DNA from: Alphaproteobacteria bacterium
Lineage (GTDB): Bacteria; Pseudomonadota; Alphaproteobacteria; CALKHQ01
NCBI GenBank assembly: GCA_965227515.1
Contig: CBDDFZ010000002.1
Coordinates: 576,001 to 640,000, forward strand
Direction: 5' to 3'
Length of the DNA: 64,000 bases
In this document: one piece after another, positions 49,444-58,755 of the stretch
Position numbering within the stretch: position 1 is the first letter of the stretch
How the letters are laid out: every line of letters begins with the position of its first letter
Made by a program: the position numbers and the translations under genes
Notes under the pieces: generated by a model
Told to the model about the DNA's origin: nothing
Seen by the model: the letters and a program-made list of their open reading frames with translations, nothing else
The model's database searches: none

Positions 49444-49716
49444 ATGCACGCCATTGCCAAGACGATCGCCATCGCGGCGGGTCTGACTGCCGTTTCCGCC
49501 GCCGCCATGGCCGCCGACCTGGAGAACCATGACGACGTCAGCTACGACATCCGGATCATAGACGGCGCGACGACCCACACCTCGATCTCCAGCAACACCA
49601 CCCGCGTCAGCGTGTGCTCGAGCTGCACCATCGAGATCGACGGCATCGGTGCGGTCGAAGTGGACTCCTCTGTCGACGCCGTCATCATCGAGGATGGCGA
49701 GGTCTACACCGAATAG
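49444..49716 (+). CDS. Small secreted beta-rich hypothetical protein
   Basis: Signal peptide ending AMA; L-N-D---Y, CxxC motif; acidic. Confidence 0.7.
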   Translation: MHAIAKTIAIAAGLTAVSAAAMAADLENHDDVSYDIRIIDGATTHTSISSNTTRVSVCSSCTIEIDGIGAVEVDSSVDAVIIEDGEVYTE

Positions 49717-49856
49717 TCGGTGACCCGTCCGAACTGCGGCGGCAAACACGGCGCCATCACCGGCGCGACACACAAACGTAAATGCGCTTGTGTGGCGTAG
49801 GGACGGGTGTGTGTGCCAGATGCGTGCGTGCAACACGAACGCAGGAGACTCCCCCC

Positions 49857-50261
49857 ATGCCACGCACGCCGCTGACCGTTGGCGCCATCGTCGCCGCACT
49901 CTTGGCCGCCGCACTCCTGGCGGCCGCATCTGCCCACGCCGAGGACGACATCGTTGCCGAAGGCACCTTCGCGGGTGCCAGCGGCCACGACACCCGAGGC
50001 GCGGTCACGATCCAGCGGACCGAAGACGGCCTTGTCGTCATATTGGGCGAGGATTTCTTCCATGACGGCGCGCCCGATCCGCGTGTCGGGCTGGGCGTTG
50101 ACGGCGCCTACGACGAGGCCAGCGACATGGGCGCCCTGGAGCAATTGGCCGGCACCCAGACCTATGTCGTGCCGGATGGCGTCGAAGCTGACGCCTACGA
50201 CGAGGTCTACATCTGGTGTCGCCAATACAGCGTGCCGCTGGGTGTCGCTGCCATTGAGTAG
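49857..50261 (+). CDS. DM13 domain protein
   Basis: Signal peptide; G-F-G---H---G, DGAPD, G-L----G-Q-Y--P, V-IWC----V--G-A. Confidence 0.88.
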   Translation: MPRTPLTVGAIVAALLAAALLAAASAHAEDDIVAEGTFAGASGHDTRGAVTIQRTEDGLVVILGEDFFHDGAPDPRVGLGVDGAYDEASDMGALEQLAGTQTYVVPDGVEADAYDEVYIWCRQYSVPLGVAAIE

Positions 50262-50290
50262 TACCAACGCAGTATATTCCTGACCTTTGC

Positions 50291-50403
50291 CGTCATTGCG
50301 AGGAGCGCCTGTTACGGCGCGACGCGGCAATCCAGAGCATCGTGTCCAACGTCACATCAATCGCCTGGATCGCCACGCCCGCTGAAGCGGGTTCGCGATG
50401 ACG
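50291..50403. repeat. Family B palindromic repeat
   Basis: CGTCATTGCGAGGAGCGCC...GCGACGCGGCAATCCAGAGC...TCGCCACG...CGCGATGACG; matches 1901-2011. Confidence 0.85.
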
Positions 50404-50528
50404 CCTCAAGTGATAGAATGTTCAGCGAATATTGCCGTTGGTATGAGACCAAGAGACACATCTCGCCCCACTGGTCTTCGTCAACACAGCTAGCGCGCGT
50501 CGCCTGGGCGCTTCGTTGTGCCGCCAAT

Positions 50529-51962
50529 TCAAGCGGCGGACGACAGCGCCACCATCCGTGCGCGCATGGCCGCCACCGGGCCGGACCAGTCCAGCAGGGC
50601 GTCCGGCCGGTCGAACACCTCCACTGACGAGAACCATGGCCGGCGGCCGGTGCCGAGCGCGGTCCAGTCGGACTGCGGTGCGAGCCGCCAGGTCCTGACG
50701 CCGAGCGCGCCGGCCAGTTCGCCGACCGAGGTGCCGACCGAGATCACAAGGTCGAGGCCCGCGATCAGGCCGGCGAGGCCCTCCAGGTCGTCGTAGACGT
50801 CCAGTCCCGGCATCTGGTGGAGGGTGAAACCTTGCCGCGCCGCGATGGCAACCGCGCTGTCCTCGCCGGTGCCGGTGTCGCGCTGCAGCGAAACGACGGC
50901 GAGACCGGGCAGCGACAGCACCGGCGCCAGTGCGGCCAGGTCGGCATAGACCAGGTTGCGGGTGGAATCGCGCTTGGCGCTCTGCCAGCAGACGCCGACC
51001 TTCATGCCGTCCAGACCGGCCAGCCAGGCGTCGGCCTCGGCGTGCCGGCGCGGATCGGGGCGGAGGTAGCCGCCGGACCCCGCGAACGCATCCATCGTCG
51101 GTCGCAGATGGCCAGGCAGGCTGCCGATGCCGGTCCAGGCCGCGATCGGGCCGAAATCGTCGGTCCATGGGAAGCGCTGGGCGGCGGGCTGTCCGTAGTC
51201 CGCACCGGCATGCCGCGCCACCACCTGCGCATTGGGAAAGGCGCGGGCAAACAGGCCATGCAGTTTCGGGCCGCATTCCAGCACGACCCGGTCGATGCGC
51301 GCCAACAGGTCGGGCACGCACGATGCGAACATCAACTCGTCGCCCAGGCCCTGCTCGCTCCACACCGCCAGCGCGCCAGCCGCTAACGGGCCGCCATCCC
51401 ACCGGGGACCGTCCAGGGGGACCCGGCGGGTCGTGCGCTGCTGCCGCCATTCATAGGCCGGCCAGCCGGCGGCGAGGTCGCCGCAACGCAGCAGGTGGAG
51501 CGCGTGGTTGGTGCGGATATCGGCGTCGTCAGGCGCCAGGGCGAGGGCCGCGCGATACGCCGCGGCCGCGCCGCCATCGTCGTTCAGGCAGACCAGCGCG
51601 TTGCCCAGGTTCGAGCGCACCGTCGCGTTGTCGGGCTGGAGTTCGGCCGCCGTGCGATAGCAGTCGGCGGCGTCTGCGACCGCGCCCATCGCCATCAGGC
51701 TCAGGCCGCGACCGTTCCAACTGTCGGCATGGGCGGGGTCGGCCTGCACGGCTTCGGCGAACAGCTCGGCGGCGCGCGCCGGTGCGTCGGCCCTGCGTTG
51801 CTGCTCGCCAAGCACGTAGAGCGCGCGGGCGAGCGTGGAGGCAACATTCTCGTCGTCCGGCGCCAAGCGGCGGGCAGTGCGCAGCGGCGCGACGGCCTTG
51901 GCCACATTGCCGTCGGCGAGATACCCGCGTGCCAGTTCCTGGAACGTCTGCGCCGCGCTCAC
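50529..51962 (-). CDS. TPR plus GT-B glycosyltransferase, FlmG-like
   Basis: GTG start overlaps the upstream TGA; TPR repeats, then GW--YEWR, EQGLGDE-MFA, LF-R-FP, GSL, YL-PDP, VG--W-S, VSLQ, DDL---A-----LDLV, W--LGT---PW. Confidence 0.8.
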   Translation of the reverse strand: MSAAQTFQELARGYLADGNVAKAVAPLRTARRLAPDDENVASTLARALYVLGEQQRRADAPARAAELFAEAVQADPAHADSWNGRGLSLMAMGAVADAADCYRTAAELQPDNATVRSNLGNALVCLNDDGGAAAAYRAALALAPDDADIRTNHALHLLRCGDLAAGWPAYEWRQQRTTRRVPLDGPRWDGGPLAAGALAVWSEQGLGDELMFASCVPDLLARIDRVVLECGPKLHGLFARAFPNAQVVARHAGADYGQPAAQRFPWTDDFGPIAAWTGIGSLPGHLRPTMDAFAGSGGYLRPDPRRHAEADAWLAGLDGMKVGVCWQSAKRDSTRNLVYADLAALAPVLSLPGLAVVSLQRDTGTGEDSAVAIAARQGFTLHQMPGLDVYDDLEGLAGLIAGLDLVISVGTSVGELAGALGVRTWRLAPQSDWTALGTGRRPWFSSVEVFDRPDALLDWSGPVAAMRARMVALSSAA

Positions 51963-53206
51963 GCCGCCTCGATAGCGGAATTGGCGGCGGGATCGGTGGT
52001 GATCTGGATCGCGTCGATCGCGTTGGTGGCGCGTTGCATCGCCTGCTGGCGCGAGTCGCCTGTGGCAATCACGACGCCGGCCCGTGCCGGGTGGCAGTCG
52101 ACCGGATGCATGATCGCGCCCGGCCGGCACCTCACCTCCGCGAAGGCGATACCCGGCATGTCGGCAATGGCGTCGGCGCCGCGCACGGTCTGCACCACGC
52201 CCGGCGGTGGGAAGATGTAGCGCTGGGAGACGTAGCGGGTGCGCCGCACCGCGAGGTCGGCCGGGTCGACCGGCATGCCAAGCGCATGGCGCAGCACCGC
52301 GCCGATGAAGTCGACGCCGGTCGCCAGCGGGATCTCATGGGTGCAGAAATAGCCGCCGGAAAGCCGGGCCGCGAGTTCGATCACCAGCGGCTTGCCGCCC
52401 TGGACCACGATGTCGCCCTTCACGGTGCCGTTGACGACGCCCAGGCTGGCGGCGGCTCGTGCCACCACCTGGCGGATCGCCTCCTGGGTGTCCTCGCTGA
52501 CACTGCACGGCAGGTCGCCGCCGTCTTCCACGATGTGGGGGTGGTCGAGGTCGAGCCGTGAGTAGTTGCGGTCGGACAGGCCCGGCGTGTGCACCGTGCC
52601 GTCGATGACCAGGCTCTCGGTCGAGACCTGGGGGCCGGCGACGTAGCGCTCGACGATCACGCGGCCGGTCGGCGAGTGACTGCGAGACAGCCGATAGGCC
52701 CATGCCGGGTCATGGCTGCCGGTCAGCCGCAGCACGCCGCGCGCCCCCCGCGAGTCGGCGGGCTTCAGCACCAGCGGATAACCTTGGGAGGCGATGACCT
52801 TGCGCAGCTCGTCGGCGGAGCCGACCTCCTTGAACCAGGGTTGCGGCACCCGGTCCTGCGCGAACTTGCGTTTCATCGCCAGCTTGTCCACGGCGCGCTG
52901 GCCGACCTCGGGCGTGATGCCGGGCAGGCCGAGGGCGGCGTTCACTGCCGCAACGCTATGCGGGCAGTCGGTGGCGACCGCCAGGGCGGCGTCGATACGG
53001 CAGACATCGCGGTGGAACGGCGCCACGGCGGCGACCGTCTCGTCCGGATGGTAGGCGCTGGCAATCAGCGCATGGTCGGCGATCTGGCAGCCCAGCGCCT
53101 GCGGGTCGCGGTCGCTGACCACGACCCGGCAGCCCATGGCCTGGGCCCGGCGAATGGCGGGCACGGTCTCCAGACCGCCGCCAACGAAAAGCACGGTCGG
53201 GGTCAA
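51959..53206 (-). CDS. ATP-grasp domain ligase
   Basis: TTG start overlaps the SDR stop; DK--MK, P-VLKP-D-RG-RGV, E-Y--G---S-E, KGD, IE-A-RL-GG. Confidence 0.85.
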   Translation of the reverse strand: MTPTVLFVGGGLETVPAIRRAQAMGCRVVVSDRDPQALGCQIADHALIASAYHPDETVAAVAPFHRDVCRIDAALAVATDCPHSVAAVNAALGLPGITPEVGQRAVDKLAMKRKFAQDRVPQPWFKEVGSADELRKVIASQGYPLVLKPADSRGARGVLRLTGSHDPAWAYRLSRSHSPTGRVIVERYVAGPQVSTESLVIDGTVHTPGLSDRNYSRLDLDHPHIVEDGGDLPCSVSEDTQEAIRQVVARAAASLGVVNGTVKGDIVVQGGKPLVIELAARLSGGYFCTHEIPLATGVDFIGAVLRHALGMPVDPADLAVRRTRYVSQRYIFPPPGVVQTVRGADAIADMPGIAFAEVRCRPGAIMHPVDCHPARAGVVIATGDSRQQAMQRATNAIDAIQITTDPAANSAIEAA

Positions 53207-53982
53207 AAGTAGAGACCTCCATTCACGTTGATGGTCTGGGCGGTAACGTACCCGGACGCGTCGGACGCCAGCCAGACGGCGGCGGCGGCGACCTCGTCCG
53301 GCGTGCCCATGCGGCGGAGCGGAATGGTGTCCGCAGCTTTCTGGACCGCGGCATTGGCCATGCCGGCCTCCGCCATGTCGGACTGGATCAGGCCGGCGGC
53401 GACAGTGTTGCAGCGGATGCCGTCGGCGGCACCGGTGCGCGCGATGACTTGCGCCAGCGAGATCAGGCCGGCCTTGGAGGCGGCGTAGTGCGCCGTGCGC
53501 GGGCCGCCATACTGGCCGCTGACGGACCCGATCATCACGATCGAGCCACCGCCGGCCGTGGCCATGCCGGGCATCGCCTCCTGGGTGACCACGAACGGGC
53601 CGCGCAGGTTGACCTCCATGATCTCGCGCCAATCGTCGTCGGTGACATCGGCGAAGTCGGTCGGCTTGTTGATGCCGGCATTGTTGACCAGGATCGTCGG
53701 CGTGCCGAAGGCTTCCCGGGCCTCGGCCAGCGAGGCGCGCACCGCCTCGCGGTCGCGCACGTCGGCGGCCCAGGCTTGCGCCCGCCCGCCCATCGCCGCG
53801 ATGTCGGCGACAGTGGACTCGGCAGCGTCGTCGTCGTCCAGATAGGTGACCGCGATGTCCGCGCCGGCCGCGGCCATCGCCAGCGCAATCGCGCGCCCGA
53901 TGCCTCGGCTGCCGCCGGTGACCATGGCCACCTTGCCGGCAAGGGGGGCAGCGCGCGGGCGCCCGGCGCCTTCGCTGGTCAT
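53203..53982 (-). CDS. Short-chain dehydrogenase/reductase (FabG-like)
   Basis: TGGSRGIG, NNAGI, S...YAASK, T-Q-I-VNGG. Confidence 0.92.
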   Translation of the reverse strand: MTSEGAGRPRAAPLAGKVAMVTGGSRGIGRAIALAMAAAGADIAVTYLDDDDAAESTVADIAAMGGRAQAWAADVRDREAVRASLAEAREAFGTPTILVNNAGINKPTDFADVTDDDWREIMEVNLRGPFVVTQEAMPGMATAGGGSIVMIGSVSGQYGGPRTAHYAASKAGLISLAQVIARTGAADGIRCNTVAAGLIQSDMAEAGMANAAVQKAADTIPLRRMGTPDEVAAAAVWLASDASGYVTAQTINVNGGLYF

Positions 53983-54959
53983 GCGGAGGCCCGCCGCGCC
54001 ATGGCGCGCTTCGCGGCGCCAGCGATATGCGTGCCGACCAGGCCGTAGCGTTCGGCCAGTTCCTCCGGCTCGCCGGACTCGCCGAAGCGGTCCGCCACGC
54101 CGACGAACTCGATTGGCACCGGCGCGGTCTGGGCCAGCGCCTCGGCCACCGCGCCGCCAAGCCCGCCATAGATCGAATGGTCTTCCGCGGTCACGATGCA
54201 GCCGGTCTCGGCCGCGCAGCGCGCCAGCAGATCGGTGTCGATCGGCTTCAGGGTCGCCATGTTGACCACCCGCGCGGCGATGCCGTCAGCGGCCAACTGC
54301 TCGGCCGCGTCGAGCGCGCGGGCGACTTCGACGCCGCACGCAACGATGGTGACATCGCTGCCGTCGCGCACGATCTGTCCGCGCCCGATCTCGAACACGT
54401 GGTCGTCAGCGAAAACGCGTCGCGCCGGGCTGCGGCCGGTGCGCATGTAGACCGGGCCGTCGTGGGCCAGCATGGCGGCGGTCGCCTGTGCCATCTCCAG
54501 CGGGTCGGCGGGCGACAGGACCGTAATGTGGGGCAGCGCGCGATAGGCTGCCAAATCCTCAAGGCATTGCGCCGAGCCGCCGTCGGGGCCGGTGTCGAGC
54601 CCGGGATGGCTGGCGACGATCTTGACGTTGCGCCGGTCGTAGCAGATCGACAGCCGCGCCTGTTCCACCGCGCGCAGGCAGAAGACCGCGAACGTGGTCA
54701 CCACCGGCAACAGGCCGACGGAGGCCATGCCACCGGCGGCCGCCATCATGTTCTGCTCGGCGATGCCGAACTGGTAGAAGCGGTCGGGACAGGCGGTGCG
54801 GAAGTGGTGTGCGCCGGTACCGCCGGCGATGTCGGCATCCAGCACCACGACGCGCGGGTCGCGCTGCGCGTGCTCGACCAGCGCCTTGCCGAATGCCTCG
54901 CGCAGGCTGTCGCCGGACGAACCGATCTGTTCCGGTGCCGTCATCACGTTCACGTCCAA
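53979..54959 (-). CDS. Transketolase C-terminal subunit (split transketolase)
   Basis: R-AFG, GIAEQNM---A-G, DG-S-Q--ED, GPVY-R, KPID, EDH---GGLG. Confidence 0.9.
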   Translation of the reverse strand: MDVNVMTAPEQIGSSGDSLREAFGKALVEHAQRDPRVVVLDADIAGGTGAHHFRTACPDRFYQFGIAEQNMMAAAGGMASVGLLPVVTTFAVFCLRAVEQARLSICYDRRNVKIVASHPGLDTGPDGGSAQCLEDLAAYRALPHITVLSPADPLEMAQATAAMLAHDGPVYMRTGRSPARRVFADDHVFEIGRGQIVRDGSDVTIVACGVEVARALDAAEQLAADGIAARVVNMATLKPIDTDLLARCAAETGCIVTAEDHSIYGGLGGAVAEALAQTAPVPIEFVGVADRFGESGEPEELAERYGLVGTHIAGAAKRAMARRASA

Positions 54960-54998
54960 GTGCCCCCCTGTGCTTCCCGTTTCAGTTCCGTGCCGCCG

Positions 54999-55865
54999 TC
55001 AAGGCTGAAGCGCGCCATCGATATCGCGCTCGTCCGCGCCCAGCTCGGTCAGCGCGGAGGACAGTTCCTCGTCGCGAATGCGCACGCTGCCGTGCCACGA
55101 CGGGTCGCCGGCCATGAACGAGACCCCATGGCCCTTCACGGTGTCGGCAATGATCACGCTGGGCCGGTCCTGCACATCCTGCGCCGCCTGGAACGCGGCG
55201 AGGATGGCGGCGATGTCGTGCCCGTCGATGGTCTGGACGTGCCAGTTGAAGGCGGCCCATTTGTCCGCCAGCGGCGCCAGACCCATGATGTTCTCGTTCA
55301 GGTCGTCGCTTTGCAGCTTGTTGTAGTCGACGATGGCGCACAGGTTGGCGAGCTTGTAGTGAGCGGCGCACATCGCGCCCTCCCAGACCTCGCCCTCCTG
55401 CAACTCGCCGTCGCCGAGCATGACGTAGACCTGGGACGGCGACTTGCGGTGCTTGAGCCCCAGGGCCATGCCCACGGCCTGCGAGAAGCCTTGGCCCAGC
55501 GACCCCGTGCTGGCATCCACCCACGGCGCAAACTCCACGTGCGGATGGCCCTGCAGGGGGCTGCCCAGGCGGCGAAACGTCTTCAGCATGTCGCGCGGGA
55601 TCAAGCCGATCTCGGCGGCCACGGCATAGAGCGCCGGGCAGGAGTGGCCCTTGGAGAGCACGAACCGGTCGCGGTCGGGGTGGTCGCGCGCGCCGCGCAG
55701 CACGTTGTGGAACAGAACGGTGAGCACGTCGGCCGCCGACAGCGACCCGCCGGGATGGCCCGAGCCGGCATGATAGATCGCGGTCAGCGCGCCGCGCCGG
55801 ACCCAGGAGGCTCGCTCAGCCAACGCGGCAGGCGGCAAATCGGCATGGGGAGGCTGCAGCACCAT
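54999..55865 (-). CDS. Transketolase N-terminal (TPP-binding) subunit
   Basis: GHPGGSLS, DRFVLSKGH, LQGHP, TGSLGQG, GDGELQEG--WE, TVKG-G, WH. Confidence 0.92.
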   Translation of the reverse strand: MVLQPPHADLPPAALAERASWVRRGALTAIYHAGSGHPGGSLSAADVLTVLFHNVLRGARDHPDRDRFVLSKGHSCPALYAVAAEIGLIPRDMLKTFRRLGSPLQGHPHVEFAPWVDASTGSLGQGFSQAVGMALGLKHRKSPSQVYVMLGDGELQEGEVWEGAMCAAHYKLANLCAIVDYNKLQSDDLNENIMGLAPLADKWAAFNWHVQTIDGHDIAAILAAFQAAQDVQDRPSVIIADTVKGHGVSFMAGDPSWHGSVRIRDEELSSALTELGADERDIDGALQP

Positions 55866-55932
55866 CGCGCCCCTTGTGGTTAAGCATTGATAGCCGGCAT
55901 TCCGGGATAGTCCAACCCTGGGCCGGATTTGC

Positions 55933-55947
55933 TTAAGGGCGGGTTAA
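55933..55947. promoter_or_regulatory. Full CtrA-type box TTAA-N7-TTAA upstream of the transketolase/FlmG-like operon
   Basis: TTAAGGGCGGGTTAA; a further half site (TTAACC on the minus strand) lies at about 55879-55884. Confidence 0.7.
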
Positions 55948-56011
55948 GGCCAGCGGTGCGCCGCCGGTTTGGAGGACATTGTGGCCACCCGTCGACGGCA
56001 GCGGCGGCGGC

Positions 56012-57778
56012 TCAGCCGGTGTGCAGCCAGATGGTGAAGCGGGCGCCGAGCACCTTGCCGCCGTCGCCGATGCGGTTTTCGGCGGTCACGGTGCCGCCCT
56101 GGGACTCGACGATCTGCTTGGAGATGTTCAGGCCAAGGCCGGAATTGTTGCCGAAGCCCTCGGCCTCGGGGCGTTCCGAGTAGAAGCGCTCAAAGATCTT
56201 CAACTCCTTGCCCGGCGGGATACCGGGGCCCTCGTCGTCGATCCGCACGCGCACCATTTCGTCCACCGGCTGGGCGGAGACCTGGATGGTGGCGTCCACC
56301 GGATTGAAGCTGATGGCATTGGAGATGATGTTCTGGAACACCTGCATCAGCCGCGACTCGATGCCGGGCACCCGCAGGCGCTTGGCTTCGCCCAGCGTCA
56401 GCTTGAAGTGCATCGGGCGGTCGGAGTCCGAGCCGTGCATGGAGGAGTAGATCTCCATCAGGCTTTCCAACATGCCGCCCACGTCCACCGCGTCCTGCTG
56501 AGCGCGCGACAGCTCCGCGTCCAGCCGCGAGGCGTCGGAGATGTCGGTGATCAGCCTGTCCAGGCGCTGCACGTCCTGCTGGATGATGCCGAGCAGGCGC
56601 TGCTGCTGATTGGGGTCGGACACCCGGCACACCGTCTCGACCGCGGAGCGCATGGAGGCCAGCGGATTCTTGATCTCGTGCGCCACGTCGGCGGCGAACC
56701 GCTCGATGGCGTCGAGCCGGCTGTAGAGCGCCTGGGTCATGTCGCGCAGGCTGCCGGACAGGTCGCCGATTTCGTCGCCGCGCTCGCTGAAGTCGGGGAT
56801 GTGCACGTCGCGGCCCTGGCCATAGCGCACGCGCTCGGCGGCATCGGCCAGGCGGCGCACGGGGCGCGCGATGGTGCCGGCCAGATAGAACGACAGCATG
56901 ATGGTGAGGCCGATGGCGATGGCGAAGATTTGCAGGACGTCCACCCGCACGTCGCGCAGGGCCGCCTCGATGTCGCGGCCCTCGCGGGTCAGCATCAGCA
57001 CGCCCACGATCGTTTGCAGCGACGTTTCCACCGGCACGGCGACGCTGAGCACCAGGGAGCCGTCCTCGCGCACCCGCGCGCGGGTCTGGGTGCCCAGCTC
57101 ATAGGCGTCCATCACCTCGTCATAGTCGACGGCAAGCTGGATCGGCGATTCGACGTAGAGCTCCAGGTCCTGGTCGTACGGGAACAGGTCGAAGATCGTG
57201 TCGTACATGCTGCTCAGAACCTCCGCCATGAAGTCGCCTTCTGACAGTGGCGGCAGTACCTTGATCGACACGTGGGCGCCGACCGCGCCGACCACCTGCA
57301 GGGTGTCGACGACCAGTTGACGCTCCATGGAGAACAGCCGCGCGCGCAGGTCGGGCGGACCGAAGTTCGAGCTGGCGGGGGCAGCGGCAAGGCGGCGTCC
57401 GATCCGGGCCGCGATGCCCTCGTCCAGCACCTGCTCGCCGGCCTCGTTGAACACGACGGCGGACTCGGCCAGCGCGCTGGCGAAGATCTCGCCTTCGCTG
57501 ACCAGTGAATCGAGCTCGTTCTGGAACAGGTTGTCCCGGTACTCGCCCATGTAGAGGATGGCGCCGACCAGCATGCCGAGCGGGATCAGGTTCAGCACCA
57601 GGATGCGGCGGGTCAGCGGCGACAGCCAGCGCCGCCGCCGCGCGTCCGCCTTTCGCTTGCCGGCGCCCCTGGCCTTCCGGTCGCCCTCGCGCGCGGCCCG
57701 CACGCGACCGCCGTCCTTGCGCTCACGGCTTTCCGCCGCGACGCCAGGGCCGTCGATGCTTTGAATATCTGTCGTCAT
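56012..57778 (-). CDS. chvG: Sensor histidine kinase ChvG/ExoS/BvrS
   Basis: LTRRI---N, stimulus-sensing periplasmic domain, HAMP, FAADVAHEIKNPL-S-RSAVET, ISDASRLDAEL, FERFY--RP--E-FG-NSGLGL-IS. Confidence 0.93.
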   Translation of the reverse strand: MTTDIQSIDGPGVAAESRERKDGGRVRAAREGDRKARGAGKRKADARRRRWLSPLTRRILVLNLIPLGMLVGAILYMGEYRDNLFQNELDSLVSEGEIFASALAESAVVFNEAGEQVLDEGIAARIGRRLAAAPASSNFGPPDLRARLFSMERQLVVDTLQVVGAVGAHVSIKVLPPLSEGDFMAEVLSSMYDTIFDLFPYDQDLELYVESPIQLAVDYDEVMDAYELGTQTRARVREDGSLVLSVAVPVETSLQTIVGVLMLTREGRDIEAALRDVRVDVLQIFAIAIGLTIMLSFYLAGTIARPVRRLADAAERVRYGQGRDVHIPDFSERGDEIGDLSGSLRDMTQALYSRLDAIERFAADVAHEIKNPLASMRSAVETVCRVSDPNQQQRLLGIIQQDVQRLDRLITDISDASRLDAELSRAQQDAVDVGGMLESLMEIYSSMHGSDSDRPMHFKLTLGEAKRLRVPGIESRLMQVFQNIISNAISFNPVDATIQVSAQPVDEMVRVRIDDEGPGIPPGKELKIFERFYSERPEAEGFGNNSGLGLNISKQIVESQGGTVTAENRIGDGGKVLGARFTIWLHTG

Positions 57779-57860
57779 CCGCCGTTACTCGCCGGCAGTG
57801 TCGTGGCCTCGGCCGTTCAGCCCGGCGTTGAGCCTGCGCCGCGTCACCGGCGCGCGCGCA

Positions 57861-58556
57861 TCACGCTTCCTTGTAGCGGTACCCGATGCCATACAGGGTC
57901 TCGATCTGGCTGAATTCCTTGTCCTGCTCGCGGAACTTCTTGCGCAGGCGCTTCACGTGGCTGTCGATGGTGCGGTCGTCGACATAGATGCTCTCGCCAT
58001 AGGCCGCGTCCATCAACTGGTTGCGGTTCTTCACGTGGCCCGGCCGGTGCGCCAGCGCCTGCAGCAGCAGGAACTCGGTCACGGTCAGGTTCAGCGCCTC
58101 GCCCTTCCAGGTGCACATATGGCGGTCCGGGTCCATCACCAGGTCGCCGCGCACGATCATCGACTTCGACGATGTCTCCGGCGTGTCGACCAGTTCGCGC
58201 CGCCGCAGCAGGGTGCGGATGCGCTCGATCAGCAGGCGCTGCGAGAACGGCTTGGTGATGTAGTCGTCCGCGCCCATGCGCAGGCCCAACAACTCGTCGA
58301 CCTCATCGTCCTTGGAGGTCAGGAAGATCACCGGCAACTGGCTGACCTTGCGCAAGCGCGTCAGCAACTCCATGCCGTCCATACGCGGCATCTTGATGTC
58401 CAGCACCGCAAGATCGGCCGGCTTGCCGGTCAGCTCCCTGAGCGCCTCCTCGCCGTCGCTGTAGGTGCGCACATCGAAGCCTTCCGCTTCCAGCGCGATC
58501 GACACCGACGTCAAGATGTTGCGATCGTCGTCCACCAATGCAATTGACTGTGGCAC
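57861..58556 (-). CDS. chvI: Response regulator ChvI
   Basis: [59 protein letters not shown]. Confidence 0.96.
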   Translation of the reverse strand: MPQSIALVDDDRNILTSVSIALEAEGFDVRTYSDGEEALRELTGKPADLAVLDIKMPRMDGMELLTRLRKVSQLPVIFLTSKDDEVDELLGLRMGADDYITKPFSQRLLIERIRTLLRRRELVDTPETSSKSMIVRGDLVMDPDRHMCTWKGEALNLTVTEFLLLQALAHRPGHVKNRNQLMDAAYGESIYVDDRTIDSHVKRLRKKFREQDKEFSQIETLYGIGYRYKEA

Positions 58557-58755
58557 GGACCCAAGCCTCCTTGTTCACATTGTCCCGCGGATCCAGGCGC
58601 GACCGATTCGACCGCCTTCGGAATGAGGCGCCATACTGCCATAAATTGCGGCAATTCCGCAGTCGACCCTACGACAGATATCGCAAAACCGCCATATTTC
58701 GCGCGAACCCACGCCGAATTGCCGTTTCAGACGCTTGTGCGGCCGTAGCGCGCGC

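Noticed and set aside
53207-54169. Long N-terminal extension of the ATP-grasp ORF (736 aa in the track)
   Set aside because: It overlaps the SDR in another frame; the real start is most likely the TTG at 53206.
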